Position numbers and translations under genes: made by a program. Below, one piece after another: positions 63,220 through 64,000 of a stretch of DNA of 64,000 bases. The notes below the pieces were generated by a model, which worked only from the letters and a program-made list of their open reading frames with translations, was not told where the DNA came from and did not search any database. This DNA is from the human T2T-CHM13v2.0 reference genome, Homo sapiens: the NCBI RefSeq assembly GCF_009914755.1, contig NC_060933.1; one strand, given 5' to 3'. The stretch's first letter is position 1. Each line of letters opens with the position of its first letter.

Positions 63220-63671
63220 ACTACAGGATGTAAAGAGGTATAGTTTTTGTATTCAACTGAAGTTATGACATACTAATATTGTTATAACTTTAAAATGTTT
63301 TACATAATCTCCAATTACCTAGATAATACAAGTTTATAGAAAGTATGCAATTCAAAATGAGAAAGGAAACAAAGCATAACACTACAAAATCAAAAAAGCA
63401 AAAATTAAGACAGTAAAATAGGAAATTATGGAAAACATCTCTACAAGAAACACAGAAAATAATAACAATCAAAATGGTAATAGTAACTTCATTTCTCTAA
63501 GGAATCATTTTAAATGTAAATTGATTAAACTAATAATAAGAAATTAAATGACTAAATGGAATAAGAACAAACAAAATCACACAATATGCAACAAATCACA
63601 CAGTATTCTTGTTTGAACTTGGTGTACTCTTTTAGGACACATAAGAAGCCTTATTAAGTTTAAGAAGACTA

Positions 63672-63755
63672 ATCAGGTGTGGTGGCTCATGCCTGTAGCC
63701 CCAGCACTTTGGGAGGCAAGGACTGGAAGATTGCTTGAGACCAGGATTTCAAGAT
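63672..63755 (+). mobile_element. Alu left-monomer fragment
   Basis: caggtgtggtggctcatgcctgtagccccagcactttgggaggc...ttcaaga. Confidence 0.8.
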
Positions 63756-64000
63756 ACTCACTTTAACTTTGATTCAAATAGGTTGAAAGAAACAGAATGA
63801 AGAAACATATTCCATGCAAACAGTATCCACAATTAAGTGAGGTGGTCATAATTATATTAGACAAAATACGCTGTAAATCAAAAACTAGCATGAGGTAAAG
63901 ATTGTTACTATATAATGGTAACATTGGTCATTTACCAGGAATCTATAAGTATTATATCTATTTAAAAGATCAGGGTTCCAAAATGTATAAAGCTAATATT

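Overview
Primate, almost certainly human, AT-rich pericentromeric-type genomic DNA with no intact protein-coding gene. Most ORFs in the supplied track are Alu, L1 or ERV debris. (1) On the + strand (2.3-25.9 kb) is an unprocessed ANKRD30A/B-family pseudogene with seven recognisable exons carrying stops, frameshifts, missing exons and a dead splice donor. (2) One of its exons is split by a near full-length, same-orientation HERV-IP10/LTR10A-type provirus (10682-19295), and another by an Alu. (3) The middle (28-52 kb) is a mosaic of L1, THE1, MER11, MER30 and Alu with unassigned unique sequence. (4) On the - strand (52.9-56.5 kb) is the final exon of a ZNF91-subfamily KRAB zinc-finger pseudogene with about 25 degenerate fingers; its KRAB exons lie outside the window. 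A U6 retrocopy sits in an ANKRD30 intron. From memory the layout resembles the ANKRD30BP2/RNU6/ZNF355P region of chr21q11.2, but near-identical paralogues cannot be excluded without a search. I see no convincing new biological system. The best leads are the exon-splitting provirus whose 3' LTR keeps an AP-1-like motif array next to a spliceable exon half, an L1-mobilised LTR12 fragment, a probable U6 chimera, several template-switch scars and higher-order structure in the finger array.
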